Below, in pieces: positions 9,462 to 19,764 of a stretch of DNA of 64,000 bases. Origin of the DNA: a virus; IMG/VR virus record IMGVR_UViG_3300049255_000541. One strand, 5' to 3'. The translations under genes and the position numbers were made by a program. The notes beneath the pieces were generated by a model. The model worked only from the letters and a program-made list of their open reading frames with translations. It ran no database searches and was not told where the DNA came from. Position 1 is the stretch's first letter. Every line of letters starts with the position of its first letter.

Positions 9462-10124
9462 TCATGCTGTCGGCTTCGTGGTGGTGCCGCTCATGCCTTC
9501 GCCAGTCTGGACATCGGGGTGCGCGTGCGCGTTGTAGTCGCCGCGTAGGTCGGCCACCGTGCCGTGGGCGTTCGCCGCGTCGGAGATGTCGCCTTTGGCC
9601 ACCAGCTTTCCGGTCGATCCTGCGGCGGTGCCGGACAGCGTTACGTCGCCCGTGATCTCGACTTGCGGGGCGTCCATTTTGATTTTCGTGGTGCTCTGCA
9701 GGGTCAACTGGCCGCCCTGCGCTATGATGTAGAAGTCCGCGCCGATGATGCCGAACTCGCCGGATTTCAGCGCCTGCTGGTCAACCGGGCTAGCCGGAAC
9801 AGGATCGGCATCAGAAAAGATGCGTCCGGCCACATAGGGTTGCTCGTGGTCCCCGTGCGCGAAATCGATAATCAGCTGATCGCCGAGGCTGGGCGGGATC
9901 ACGATAGCAACGCCGTTCACGCCGTGCGAAGGCACGGGCATCCAGCCGGAGAGAACACCCTCCGGCTGGTATATGACTTTTACGGAGTGGCCATCGACCG
10001 AGCTGACAATGCCGAAGCGGGGCTGGGCAACCATGGCGTCATTTGCGACGGCCAGGCGCTTGATGGCATCCTGAAGACGCTGCATTTCCAGCCTCGCAAA
10101 AATACCACGGTGTTGGCGCAACAA
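9462..10124 (-). CDS. Baseplate central spike (gpV/gp45-like)
   Basis: OB-fold N-terminus (GVLSGWMP, PPSLGDQL) and C-terminal YNAHAHPDV metal-binding tip. Confidence 0.88.
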   Translation of the reverse strand: MLRQHRGIFARLEMQRLQDAIKRLAVANDAMVAQPRFGIVSSVDGHSVKVIYQPEGVLSGWMPVPSHGVNGVAIVIPPSLGDQLIIDFAHGDHEQPYVAGRIFSDADPVPASPVDQQALKSGEFGIIGADFYIIAQGGQLTLQSTTKIKMDAPQVEITGDVTLSGTAAGSTGKLVAKGDISDAANAHGTVADLRGDYNAHAHPDVQTGEGMSGTTTKPTA

Positions 10125-10135
10125 GCAAGAAGAAG

Positions 10136-11332
10136 TTAGCTACAGTCGGACATCGCGTCCGCAGCATCGGCGGTCTGCGGCGAATGGTTTTTCAGGCGAA
10201 CGTGCTGTTCGATGCCGGAATCCCAACCCCAGGTCCTGGAGATCTCGTCAACAAACATCGGCATCTCGAACCCGTCTTTTCCGGTGCCCGTGCCAATTAA
10301 TTTGACAACTTTTTGCGCCGTCAGGGAAAGCTCGCCCGGCATGGTGATGTCCACCGTGCGGCTGTGTTTGACGATCTCGGTATACAGAGAGGTAGCCCGG
10401 GCCAGCGCGGCCTCCGGCGACAGGCCGGGGATAACGTAAGTATATTCCTGTGCGCCCGCTTTCGCCGCAGGCGGGTATGTCACCACATGGCCAGCTTTCT
10501 GTTTGCTGTTCCACGTTTTGACCGTGACCTTCAAATCCTTTTTGAGCGCGTAATCGCGGTCGTAAACAACGTCCGTGACGGGCACGACAGGGTATGGGTA
10601 TGCGCCAACCGAGCGGTCCTGCATCGTCAGCGCGAGGGAGGGAGTGGTATCCGTGGTGGCGCTCGGGTGGAAATGAATGGTCTTCCCGGTCATCCACACG
10701 TCATACGAGGCCCATTTTGCGAGCTGCGTGAGGACTTCCATCTCGGTCTGCGTCCGGCTGGTGCTGTCCAGCGAGATCTTGTCGTGTTCCAACTTGTAAT
10801 AGCTTCCCACGGGGACTTTGGTTGGCGTCACATCTGCGGTGAAGCCGTGCTCCGTGGCGATCGATTGGACAACCTCAGAAGCCGACTGGTTGGTCCAGGC
10901 CTTCCTGGTTTTCGTGTCGATGAGCGCCGCAAGGTAATCACGGCCATCGAGATCCACGTTTCCGTGCACGGTGTCGAGGTGCAGGTGGTCAACTTTGCCC
11001 TGAACCATGGATACCCAAGCGGCGGAGCCGCCCGCGGCGTCGCCTTGTGCCAGGTAGTAGGACCACTGCGGCTCATCGGTGGTCTGCTGGACCGGCAGGA
11101 AGGATGCCTGAACGTCCACGTCGGGCGCATCGGAGAAATTTGACCACCACGAAGCAGTGCATTGTGGGTCTGCGTTCAAAGCCAACGATACTTTGAAGGT
11201 GGAGGCCTTATGCGCGTTGTTGGAATGCACATCGGCTTTGTAGCATCCGCGCATGATTTTGCCGTTGACCAGCACACGGAAGCGCGGCTGGCGGACAACG
11301 GAGGATACGGCGGGGCCTACAGAGATTGTCAT
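10136..11332 (-). CDS. Baseplate hub (gpD/gp44-like)
   Basis: LDGRDYLAALIDTK, YDVWMTGKTIHFHP, DITMPGELSL; start overlaps the stop of the upstream gene. Confidence 0.8.
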   Translation of the reverse strand: MTISVGPAVSSVVRQPRFRVLVNGKIMRGCYKADVHSNNAHKASTFKVSLALNADPQCTASWWSNFSDAPDVDVQASFLPVQQTTDEPQWSYYLAQGDAAGGSAAWVSMVQGKVDHLHLDTVHGNVDLDGRDYLAALIDTKTRKAWTNQSASEVVQSIATEHGFTADVTPTKVPVGSYYKLEHDKISLDSTSRTQTEMEVLTQLAKWASYDVWMTGKTIHFHPSATTDTTPSLALTMQDRSVGAYPYPVVPVTDVVYDRDYALKKDLKVTVKTWNSKQKAGHVVTYPPAAKAGAQEYTYVIPGLSPEAALARATSLYTEIVKHSRTVDITMPGELSLTAQKVVKLIGTGTGKDGFEMPMFVDEISRTWGWDSGIEQHVRLKNHSPQTADAADAMSDCS

Positions 11333-11517
11333 TGTGGGGGTAAACCTCCGGTCTGTGCGGGATCCGGGTCGGGAACCCTCAGGGTCAGCGGTGCGCCGCC
11401 GAGCCACATGTCATCGATGTCGTTTTCAAGGGCGATCCTGATGGCCTGTGTGGCATCCCCCATGAAAGCGGCCGCCACGTGGAAAAGGGTTGGCCATGTT
11501 CCGGTGACCGTTTGCAT
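11329..11517 (-). CDS. Tail X-like small baseplate protein
   Basis: TLFHVAAAFMGDATQAIRIALEN..D.W....LTLRVP; position. Confidence 0.65.
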   Translation of the reverse strand: MQTVTGTWPTLFHVAAAFMGDATQAIRIALENDIDDMWLGGAPLTLRVPDPDPAQTGGLPPQ

Positions 11518-11521
11518 AGCA

Positions 11522-12301
11522 TCAGGCTCCCGAGAGCATGTTGGAGAGCATGCGGCTGCTGTATGCGGAAGCCGCCGAATACATGGCGGAATCCTGCATG
11601 GTCGCGGACATCGCCGTGAGCGCGGCGGCGGCCGTCATCGCGTCGCTGCCGCCGATCATGCTGCCGCCGGCGGCGGCAGCTACCACTTGGAGTTCAAAAG
11701 TTGACTGCGTGAACACCAGTCCTGCCCCCACGACGCCCGCCGCGGCGGACACAGCGGCGATCGCAAGGTTGAACGCGGCCCCGCCGGGTGGGTCGAAAAC
11801 TGCGCCGGGCGGGATCGCCAGCAATACCTGAGCGAATGCTTCCTGCGCGTCGGTGGGCAACACCGGGAGAGAGGTGGTCGCCTGCGCGTCACTGACGGTC
11901 TGCGACGCGAGATCCGGCGTGCTGGTGTCGCTTACATCGGGAATGACGATGCATTTGATTTTGTACGGGATGATGAAGCCGCCGTAGGTGTAATCCGGGG
12001 TAAACTCGGATACGACTACGGAAAACGAGAAATCCCCCCACGTGAGATCGACAGGCTGTCCGGCCAGCCGGATGGCGTCGATCTGGCGTGCCCGAGGGGC
12101 TGCGAGCGGACCGAGAATTTTCCCGCTGAACTCGATGTCGCGCGGGTCGGGGCCCATCGCGTCGATGACACGAGCACCGCCGGGAAGTTTGTGGACGGTG
12201 GTCTGCATTTGCCCGCCGAAGGGCATGCTGTCCGGAATTTCAAACCCGGTGAACGTGACGGACCCCAGCGTCACCGGGGCTCCGCTGAGGGTTCCGCTCA
12301 T
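11522..12301 (-). CDS. Tail tube initiator (gpU-like)
   Basis: FGGQMQTTVHKLPGGARVIDAMGPDPRDIEFSG, LTWGDF. Confidence 0.75.
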   Translation of the reverse strand: MSGTLSGAPVTLGSVTFTGFEIPDSMPFGGQMQTTVHKLPGGARVIDAMGPDPRDIEFSGKILGPLAAPRARQIDAIRLAGQPVDLTWGDFSFSVVVSEFTPDYTYGGFIIPYKIKCIVIPDVSDTSTPDLASQTVSDAQATTSLPVLPTDAQEAFAQVLLAIPPGAVFDPPGGAAFNLAIAAVSAAAGVVGAGLVFTQSTFELQVVAAAAGGSMIGGSDAMTAAAALTAMSATMQDSAMYSAASAYSSRMLSNMLSGA

Positions 12302-12319
12302 GTCGGTGGTCTCCCGGGT

Positions 12320-14620
12320 TTAGTGGGCGGGCATCGGTGTGCCGGGGTAAGTCGGCACGCTTCTGTCGCTTGGGGCCGATGCGCCTGTGGGGGGTGCCGA
12401 CAACGCGTTGGTCAGCCGGGATACCGTGCCGTTGGCGGCGGCATTCCCGGCGGCGGCACCGACTTCTCCGGCGTTCACCACCTTGACAAGCAGTGTGTCC
12501 GACACCTTTACGGGCACCGGACCGGATGGAGTGCTGCCGCCCGGTGTTCCAGGCGCGCCGTTCGATGTAGGCACAGCATCAGTCCAGCCAAGCGGGTGAC
12601 CTACTGCACCGCCGGTCTTCCGGTAGGCAAAGTCATCGAGCCACCCGGCACCAGGGACATACTTGTCCATGTAGTAGCCCGAGTTGTCATTGGCATCGAG
12701 CTCGTGCACCGCGTAACCCGCCGCAAGCGGAAGGGCTGCCCGGGATGCCAGCCGTGCACCCCAGGGCAGGGCCTGCGCGATCTTCTGTCCGATGAGGCCG
12801 TCTGCCACCGTTTCGATCGCGACACCCGGCGCACCCAGGACTTTTCCGCCACCCTTTGCGGCAAGCCCGGCGAGCGTGACGAAACCGCCAGCGCCCCAAA
12901 GCGCCATGGATACACCCGCAATTGCGGTTGAAAGAAGACCTAGACCGACAACGACTTCTTCTACGCGCTTTGCCGTCTCCGGGTTTTTCGCAGCCCAGTC
13001 TGCCATCTTGTTGAGGGCGCTTGTGAGAAGGTCTAGGACTTTGACCGCATCTTTCATGAGGTTATTGCCGAGCGTGATGGCGAGACGGTCATAAGCCGAC
13101 TCCAATCCGTCGATCTTACCGGGCACCGACTTGTTGTAGATCGCCATATCCTGCGCGGGCGATTTGCCTGCATCGATGTTGAGGCCCTCACGCTGGATTG
13201 CATCATACATCAGGTCGGAGTGCACGAAGAAGCGCTGACCGGTCTGCCTTGAAGCCTCGTCGGCCAACTCCTTCGCCGCCGCCCGGATGAGTTCCTCTTC
13301 GGTGAATTTCTTACCCGGGTTGTGCTTCTGAACATAGGATTTGGCCAAAGGCAGCATTACGTCGTGCACAAAGCGGATGGGGTCGTCCTGGAGTTCCTTG
13401 AAGGTGCCCTTCGGAAGGTGCTTCTCCATGTCCGGAACATGGTTGTGGTCCCAGACAGCCTTCTTGTCGAGCAATCCGACACTCTGAAGGTGAGCATACA
13501 TGGTCTTGGTCATGGTGCCGTGCTGAAGCTCTGCGTAGGTCGCCATTTCTTCAGTGCCGATGCGTGCGCCACCCTCTGCGCTTAGCAGGTATGGCAGTTC
13601 ACCGTAGATGAAGTGCTTGTCTCCAGTCATAGACGCAAAGCCGCCAGTTTTGGCCATTGCTTTATATTGCTCCGGACTTGCCCGGAAGTTGGTCTGGACC
13701 GCAGTCTGGATCATACGATACATGTAGTCGGTAAATCCAGGCACGTCTTTGTGGCCTTTTTCGTCATATAGATGGCCCATCAGGTCGAGCGCCTGGAAAA
13801 CGTTCTGGATCGCGTCTTCGGAAGCTCCGTTATTGATGCCGATCGCGTGCAGGGCCTGGAAACCTGTGGCCATCTGCGGCAGAACAGACATCAGATCGGC
13901 GTCATTGGCCTTGAAGGTTCCATCTGAATTCTTCTGCATGTCCCCCATGATCGCCTTGTTATCGGCGTATATCTTGAGGACTTCCACAGGAGGAACATTA
14001 GTGGCTTTGGAGATCTCCATTGCCTTTTCCTGGACATTGGAGATCATGTCGTCGGAATAGCCATTTGTGAACTGGAGCTTGGTGACCTCCTTCTGCCAGT
14101 CAAGCGAACGTTCTGCCATACCTTTCGCGGGCTCTAGGATGGCGGCACCCACGATGCCAGCACGCATGCCGATATCCATCATGTCCGGGCCATGACCGGA
14201 CTTTCCGGAACCAGCACCGCCACCCCCTGGGCCGAACCTCATCGATCGCGTGTCGTCTGCGGCTTGCTTCCACCCTTCCGCCGCTCTTTTTGCAGCTTCA
14301 ACAACTTTATCGGCTGATTTATCAACCCCGTCTGCCATAGCCGTAGAAGCCGAGATCATAGCATCCTGGGACGACTTGAATTTTTCGGCGGACTTTTCGG
14401 AATTATCTCCAACGCGCTTGGCCGCAGTCGCAAGCCTCGCCATCTGACTAGCCATTTCGGATAGCTTCTCGAAGTTCTTAATGAAGGCTTCCGCCTTCGC
14501 ACCACTCTCCTCGATCGCGGTGTTGAACTGGTCAAACTGCTCAATGAGCTTGCGCACCGTATCCGGGATAGCGCTCTTGAGCTCCATCGTGGCTTCAATT
14601 TCGAATGCCTGGATCGTCAT
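12320..14620 (-). CDS. Tape measure protein
   Basis: 766-aa helical, Ala/Lys-rich ORF with a hydrophobic stretch; between chaperones and baseplate. Confidence 0.85.
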   Translation of the reverse strand: MTIQAFEIEATMELKSAIPDTVRKLIEQFDQFNTAIEESGAKAEAFIKNFEKLSEMASQMARLATAAKRVGDNSEKSAEKFKSSQDAMISASTAMADGVDKSADKVVEAAKRAAEGWKQAADDTRSMRFGPGGGGAGSGKSGHGPDMMDIGMRAGIVGAAILEPAKGMAERSLDWQKEVTKLQFTNGYSDDMISNVQEKAMEISKATNVPPVEVLKIYADNKAIMGDMQKNSDGTFKANDADLMSVLPQMATGFQALHAIGINNGASEDAIQNVFQALDLMGHLYDEKGHKDVPGFTDYMYRMIQTAVQTNFRASPEQYKAMAKTGGFASMTGDKHFIYGELPYLLSAEGGARIGTEEMATYAELQHGTMTKTMYAHLQSVGLLDKKAVWDHNHVPDMEKHLPKGTFKELQDDPIRFVHDVMLPLAKSYVQKHNPGKKFTEEELIRAAAKELADEASRQTGQRFFVHSDLMYDAIQREGLNIDAGKSPAQDMAIYNKSVPGKIDGLESAYDRLAITLGNNLMKDAVKVLDLLTSALNKMADWAAKNPETAKRVEEVVVGLGLLSTAIAGVSMALWGAGGFVTLAGLAAKGGGKVLGAPGVAIETVADGLIGQKIAQALPWGARLASRAALPLAAGYAVHELDANDNSGYYMDKYVPGAGWLDDFAYRKTGGAVGHPLGWTDAVPTSNGAPGTPGGSTPSGPVPVKVSDTLLVKVVNAGEVGAAAGNAAANGTVSRLTNALSAPPTGASAPSDRSVPTYPGTPMPAH

Positions 14621-14632
14621 TTCAGATCCCCA

Positions 14633-15139
14633 TCACACGAGTTGTCCGCCGATAAGCGCGTCGATGATCCTGGCGGCCACGCGATCGACCACCTCTTCGC
14701 CATGCTGGGCGAACACGGCACCAAGCACCGGCCGTGGCGGAATTGGGTAGACCGCATCCGGTGTGCCCATTTCTTGCCATGCGGCCAGCTTCATGTCGGA
14801 CCCGACCGAAACCGTGAATTTCCCGTCCTCTTTTTCCATTTCGTAGACATAGGAGTCACGAAGTTCACCGTCCCGGAGCAGAGGTTGCTGGCCGGGGCCG
14901 TAACCGAGTTCGGTCTTACCCGGGATGCGGAAGCCCGCCTGGTGGTAGAATCCCTCCATCGTCGCGTCGGAAAGCGGTGCCCAGCCCGGATTGCCTTCCT
15001 GTCCGATCGATGCCTTCACCATATCGCGGAGGGCAGCGCCGCCTTCGGACATGGCTTCCACGGCGGATTTCTGGGAGTTCTCCGCAGCGGAGGCCAGAAA
15101 TTCCGCAAACGCTTTGGGAGACGAGAAGGATAGTGCCAT
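14633..15139 (-). CDS. HK97 gp10/virion morphogenesis-like protein
   Basis: WAPLSDAT, PLLRDGELRDS, VGSDMKLAAWQEMGT, IPPRPVLG. Confidence 0.75.
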   Translation of the reverse strand: MALSFSSPKAFAEFLASAAENSQKSAVEAMSEGGAALRDMVKASIGQEGNPGWAPLSDATMEGFYHQAGFRIPGKTELGYGPGQQPLLRDGELRDSYVYEMEKEDGKFTVSVGSDMKLAAWQEMGTPDAVYPIPPRPVLGAVFAQHGEEVVDRVAARIIDALIGGQLV

Positions 15140-15145
15140 CGACTA

Positions 15146-15337
15146 TTACTCCCGCGCCTTCCAGGCATTTTCGTCCCAGAGGAATTCGCCACCCAGCAGC
15201 TCGCCCACGGTGACCACAGCGGCTTTTCGCTGGGTGGGGGAAAGCGGCCGGTCGCGCTGGCCGAAGACCAATTCAGGCGGCGCACCGCCTTTCATGACCA
15301 GATACCAGCCGTCCCGCCATGCCGGGTGGCGGCTCAG
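15146..15337 (-). CDS. -1 frame extension of the tail assembly chaperone (gpGT-like)
   Basis: Open -1 frame LSRHPAWRDGWYLVMKGG...GGEFLWDENAWKARE* begins at the slippery A AAA AAC site. Confidence 0.75.
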   Translation of the reverse strand: MSRHPAWRDGWYLVMKGGAPPELVFGQRDRPLSPTQRKAAVVTVGELLGGEFLWDENAWKARE

Positions 15338-15699
15338 TTTTTTGCGACTGTGAGATCCGCTCCATCACCAGCGCGTCCGGCCTGGATACCTTCCGCTGCG
15401 GCGCCAATTCCGACGTGACCGAGGCGGCGCGACATCGCCTTGATCTCGATCTTATTCTTCGGGGGGATGATCGGCTGGCCGTCGAGCATGGTCACGGCGC
15501 AGACAATGCGCGCCATCCCCATCCACAGCTTATTCTCGACTTGCTCTCCAACAGCTTCGAAAAAGTCGAACATATCGAACGGGTCGAGTTCTTTCACGAC
15601 AAGGGTGCGCTTGCCGAAGTCAAAGCTGACGGATGTCGTACCGTCGGTATTCTTGGTGACCACAATGCCCGTGTCGGGCTTTTCGGTTGTCTCGGGCAT
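15334..15699 (-). CDS. Tail assembly chaperone (gpG-like)
   Basis: 121 aa between tube and tape measure; ends GCA AAA AAC TGA. Confidence 0.85.
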   Translation of the reverse strand: MPETTEKPDTGIVVTKNTDGTTSVSFDFGKRTLVVKELDPFDMFDFFEAVGEQVENKLWMGMARIVCAVTMLDGQPIIPPKNKIEIKAMSRRLGHVGIGAAAEGIQAGRAGDGADLTVAKN

Positions 15700-15745
15700 G
15701 GTTTTTCTCCGCGCGCGCCATCAGGCGGCGATCAGTTGGGGTGGA

Positions 15746-16177
15746 TTACTGGAGGGCAGTGCGTGTGGACGCCATCGCGCTAATTTTGCACGACACTTTA
15801 TCGACGCCCTTGGCGGTGCCCGCGTCGTCGTAGGAAAACGCGCAGTTGTTGAACATGTAGCGGCTCTGGCTGCCGTCTACCTCAGTGATGTAGACGTACA
15901 GCGTGCCGTTCAGAACCTGCCCACCGTTCCAGAAGTTGGTTTCCTCGGCGGCAAAATAGGCGTCGACGGTGTTGTCCGTCCGGTCAAAATCGATGCCGAC
16001 AGTCCATCCCTGCGGGAAACTGGCGTGCTGCGGCGGGGCGTTCAGCGGATCGCTGACAACCTTTTTCCTCTCCTGCTTCTGATGAATGCCTGTCACGTTC
16101 GGCACGATGAGCACGCCGAGCGCGGTGACGATCTGGGCACGGTAAGATTTACCAATGACCCACGGAATGACGGACAT
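15746..16177 (-). CDS. Tail tube protein
   Basis: 143 aa, beta-rich, directly after the sheath gene. Confidence 0.85.
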   Translation of the reverse strand: MSVIPWVIGKSYRAQIVTALGVLIVPNVTGIHQKQERKKVVSDPLNAPPQHASFPQGWTVGIDFDRTDNTVDAYFAAEETNFWNGGQVLNGTLYVYITEVDGSQSRYMFNNCAFSYDDAGTAKGVDKVSCKISAMASTRTALQ

Positions 16178-16195
16178 GGAGTTTCTCCTGAAATC

Positions 16196-16221
16196 AAAAA
16201 GGCCTCCCTGAGGAAGCCTTT
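16196..16221 (-). terminator. Terminator-like hairpin between sheath and tube genes
   Basis: AAAGGCTTCC-TCAG-GGAGGCCTTT followed by TT on the minus strand. Confidence 0.6.
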
Positions 16222-16242
16222 GCTGGGTGGGTCAGTGGATGA

Positions 16243-17817
16243 TTAGATCGGCGAAGCGGTGCCGTATCCTGAAGTGCCGAGCGACTGCGGCGTAATGCTG
16301 ACAGTCTGTCCGCCCTGGATGTTCACGATGAACTTCGCATTGATGGGCGAATACCTGACCGCGATATCGCATTGCACGATATCGTCCTGAAGCTGTGTCG
16401 CCGGGTTGTTTGTCGTGTTGCAGGTTACGGAGAATGGCAGGCTGCCATCCACGCTTCCGATCATGCCGACCGCATACATGTTTGAGAACAGCGTGGTCTG
16501 AACGGTTTCCACCGTGGTCAGGTAGGCGGAATCCACGACATCACCGACATACTGGCCTTCACCAGCCGCGATGGTCTCGGTGATGTAGTTGGTCAGGCGA
16601 GTATAATTGTCACCGTTAACCGCTGAATTGGAAGACGAGTTGATGCCTCCTCGGACACCCCACATGGCACCGCGCGGAATGGGGTTGGTGATGACGTCGA
16701 TCCCGGCCTGGAACAGCTGCTGCAGTTCTGCCGTGCTGTACGTCGCCAGCTGGCCATTCCCGACTTCGCCTGAGGTTTCAGATCCGATGATGCCGTAGAG
16801 CTGTTTGTTCAGCGAGCTCTGTTCGGGCGAAAGGTTTGCGAGACGGCCAGCCACAAATCCCTGCGGGCTGACGAAACGCCGATACCCGTTTACCGGGTCA
16901 TTCCACAGCAGCCAGTCGCCGTGCATGAGCTTTGTCGCGTAGCTGTCGAGACCGGCCGTCTGCTTCGCGGTCACCGCCTCGGCAATGGTGGTGCCCGACG
17001 GCAATACCTGGATCGCGTACATGCCCTCGGCGAGCGCGAACGGGTCGATTGTGGTGAACTGCGTGCTGTCATCGGCATCCGAAACAACAAGGAGGGATGC
17101 CGAGGAGTTGGCGAACACGTAAATCCCGGTGCGCGGAGAACCATTGTTGCCTACCAGCGTCGCCGCGGTAACTCCACTGGCACCGTCGGTGCCCCCGGCC
17201 AGAGTGTAGGTCGCCGCCGCCGGCGCGGTGGTGCCCGCACCTGCGGTGGCCACCAGCCATGCCGAGGCCAGCCTGCTCGTGTTGGCGATACCGTTGTTGA
17301 TCGCGGCCGCGAGATTTACCCAGAAGGCGTTCGCCGTGCCAGGGATGTTGTCGTAAAGCTCAGGCACGCCAACAGGCGGGCTGAACACGGCGCGCCACGT
17401 ATTGACCTTGGACCCCGCCGAAATCGTCAGCTTGCAGCCGTTGATGTAGGAGCCCGTGTGCAGCCCGGTAAGCGTCAGGCAGTTGTTGAGGTCAGTCGCA
17501 GTTGCGGCGACATCCGTGGCGTCGGTCACACGCGAGCACAGGAAGTTCGAAGCGCCCTGCTGGATCGCCGTGGCGATCGGAGTGCCCATGTCGTATTTCC
17601 TGGCCTTCAGGTTTCCGAAAGCGGTATTGTATCCGGCCATGTCGCCGACAACCACCGGGGTGTTGATCGGGCCCCACGAAGCAGTGCCGACGACAGCCAC
17701 CTGGTTGGTGGGGACGCCATTCAAATTGGTGATCGCGGGCGGCACGATCTGCACATAGAGATCCGGCACCACCAAAGCGGTCGTGTTCAGTGCACCGGAC
17801 TGGGTGATCGAGGGCAT
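16243..17817 (-). CDS. Tail sheath protein
   Basis: VVGTASWGP, LAGGTDGA, SPQGFVAGRLANLSPEQSSLNK, NYTRLTNYI. Confidence 0.93.
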   Translation of the reverse strand: MPSITQSGALNTTALVVPDLYVQIVPPAITNLNGVPTNQVAVVGTASWGPINTPVVVGDMAGYNTAFGNLKARKYDMGTPIATAIQQGASNFLCSRVTDATDVAATATDLNNCLTLTGLHTGSYINGCKLTISAGSKVNTWRAVFSPPVGVPELYDNIPGTANAFWVNLAAAINNGIANTSRLASAWLVATAGAGTTAPAAATYTLAGGTDGASGVTAATLVGNNGSPRTGIYVFANSSASLLVVSDADDSTQFTTIDPFALAEGMYAIQVLPSGTTIAEAVTAKQTAGLDSYATKLMHGDWLLWNDPVNGYRRFVSPQGFVAGRLANLSPEQSSLNKQLYGIIGSETSGEVGNGQLATYSTAELQQLFQAGIDVITNPIPRGAMWGVRGGINSSSNSAVNGDNYTRLTNYITETIAAGEGQYVGDVVDSAYLTTVETVQTTLFSNMYAVGMIGSVDGSLPFSVTCNTTNNPATQLQDDIVQCDIAVRYSPINAKFIVNIQGGQTVSITPQSLGTSGYGTASPI

Positions 17818-17915
17818 GAGTTTTCCTCCCGCCAGTTCCGGTCACCCGGTGGCGCTTCATGGGCTGCAATTTTTTCGTAGGGTTGCCCGGCGTCAGCGCC
17901 CCGGGCGGTGCGCTA

Positions 17916-18197
17916 TCAGACCTTGACGGCAGCCAGCGCGGCGTGCACCGCGGCGTCTACTTTCTCTTCGACGGTTTCCTCCTCGGCTTCTGCGGTCGCC
18001 TCGATGTTATGGACGGCGGCGACAAAGTGCTTACGGAGTCCCTCGGAGAGGGCGGCAATCTTTTCAGCGTCGGAGATCACCTGACCTTTCAGGAAACCAC
18101 CGATGGAGCGTTTGGCGACCAGAACAGGCGTGGCGGTAAGCACAGGCGAACTGGTGGCGGCCGCAGGCGCAGCGGCAGCCGTGGTTGTCTCGGACAT
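17916..18197 (-). CDS. Small virion-associated hypothetical protein
   Basis: 93 aa with RBS, between tail terminator and sheath. Confidence 0.6.
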   Translation of the reverse strand: MSETTTAAAAPAAATSSPVLTATPVLVAKRSIGGFLKGQVISDAEKIAALSEGLRKHFVAAVHNIEATAEAEEETVEEKVDAAVHAALAAVKV

Positions 18198-18209
18198 GAT
18201 GTGGGCTCC

Positions 18210-19049
18210 TCAGAGAATGAGTGTTTGCGGCACGGCTGTGCCGAGTTGGATGGATGTCCCGAAAAGGGATTGCGGAAACTGCTTGACCTGGGTCGTCCCG
18301 TATTCCACCGCGACCCTGAGATGCCTGATCCACAGATTGCTGATTTCCGGCTTGTCGTCGTAGCTGTTGGCACCCGGCGTGAGAAAACCCGAGGTTCCGT
18401 CAGCCAAAGGAATGAATTCCGCCGTCAGCGCGGGGGCAACCAAACGGCCGATGGCATCCCGCAGTTCTGCGGATGGACACCAGAGGCTGATTTGGAAAAC
18501 CTGCTTCTGGCGGGTTACCTCTTTGACGCACGTGGTCAACCCGGCAATGCGGGCGGCGAAATCGGGGGCGGGGGGAACCGTAATTGTCGGGCCGGTCGCC
18601 GAGGCCCCGGGCACGAGCGCGGCGAGTGCTGCGGCAATCGTTGCCGGAGTGTCGGTAAGCTGGATGGAGTAGGTGTAAACCACGCCTGAATGGCGGATGC
18701 CGATGCGCTGGGCGCCAATCGTCACACTACCCGAAATGGTAGCCTCGTTGGCGCTGATTAGCAAGGATAACGTGTTCGGCGGGCTGGGCAGCGGAGTCCA
18801 ATCAGGGCGGTATCGGGAACACATCGAGGTCATGTTCGGCAACGGATAAACGGAGATCACCGCTATACTATTGGCGAGATCTGCATTCAGATCGGATGCC
18901 ACGGGCCAGCCTCGCCCGATGCGAACGGTGGTGGTCACCGCGGATGGTTGGCCGTCGCCGTTCGGGTAGATGACGCCGTCCAGCAGGCTGACGAGGGCGT
19001 TCTCAACATCCGCCAGATCGGTGCCAGTGGTGATTGGGTATGCCGTCAC
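18210..19049 (-). CDS. Tail terminator/neck protein
   Basis: GTG start overlapping the upstream TGA with GGAGG RBS; IGRGWP, QISLWCP. Confidence 0.7.
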   Translation of the reverse strand: MTAYPITTGTDLADVENALVSLLDGVIYPNGDGQPSAVTTTVRIGRGWPVASDLNADLANSIAVISVYPLPNMTSMCSRYRPDWTPLPSPPNTLSLLISANEATISGSVTIGAQRIGIRHSGVVYTYSIQLTDTPATIAAALAALVPGASATGPTITVPPAPDFAARIAGLTTCVKEVTRQKQVFQISLWCPSAELRDAIGRLVAPALTAEFIPLADGTSGFLTPGANSYDDKPEISNLWIRHLRVAVEYGTTQVKQFPQSLFGTSIQLGTAVPQTLIL

Positions 19050-19723
19050 AGGGATGCCTCCTGCGCGGAAAGCCGCCAGCCCAATTCTGTTAACTCGCAG
19101 GAAGACAGGATCATGCTGCGGCCGAGGTCGTCGACCAGCACATCGTCCGTGAGTAGCGTGATTCCCGCTGGGAGAACCGGAAGGAAAATGGCCCACCAGG
19201 GGGATCTCGTATCCCCCGGCAGATTCGTGAGCGACTTTTCGCCCTTGGTTCCCTGCAGCATCCCCGCAGGCCACCCCGTGATGAGCGGGGTCATCGCAGT
19301 CTTGCGGGTGGTCATATACCCGGGCTGCTTGCCTGCCACCGGATTATCGGTGGGCCGCGAAATGCTGACGGTGCGCGGGCAGAGCACGGCGACCGGCGGC
19401 AGAAGGGGCTGTTGGCTGGCCACGAAAAAGGTGCGTGCCGGCTGTCCGGTTTGTGTGGGGCTTACCTCAACGAGGTAGTCGCCAACCCTGGTCTGTGTGG
19501 CGTCCGCGTAAAGGCGCCATGTCGCCTTGGCGTATTCGCGTGGACTTTTGAAGGTTCCGTTCACGTCGAACGTGGCGTTGAGGACCGCGAGCGGCGCGCC
19601 TGTCACAGGATTACTGGCGGCGGCCGGGCGGTAGACCTGGAACGGTGTGCCTAGAATGTCGGCGGCGTCCCCAAGGCCCTCGTAGATGGCCTGCTGGATT
19701 TCCGCATAGAGGCTACCGGACAT
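19046..19723 (-). CDS. Head closure/head-tail joining protein
   Basis: Position; LGTPFQVYRP, FFVASQQPLLP, WPAGML. Confidence 0.7.
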   Translation of the reverse strand: MSGSLYAEIQQAIYEGLGDAADILGTPFQVYRPAAASNPVTGAPLAVLNATFDVNGTFKSPREYAKATWRLYADATQTRVGDYLVEVSPTQTGQPARTFFVASQQPLLPPVAVLCPRTVSISRPTDNPVAGKQPGYMTTRKTAMTPLITGWPAGMLQGTKGEKSLTNLPGDTRSPWWAIFLPVLPAGITLLTDDVLVDDLGRSMILSSCELTELGWRLSAQEASL

Positions 19724-19764
19724 GTCGCCTCCGTATTAAGGTCCGGCCATCGGCGGGGGATTAC

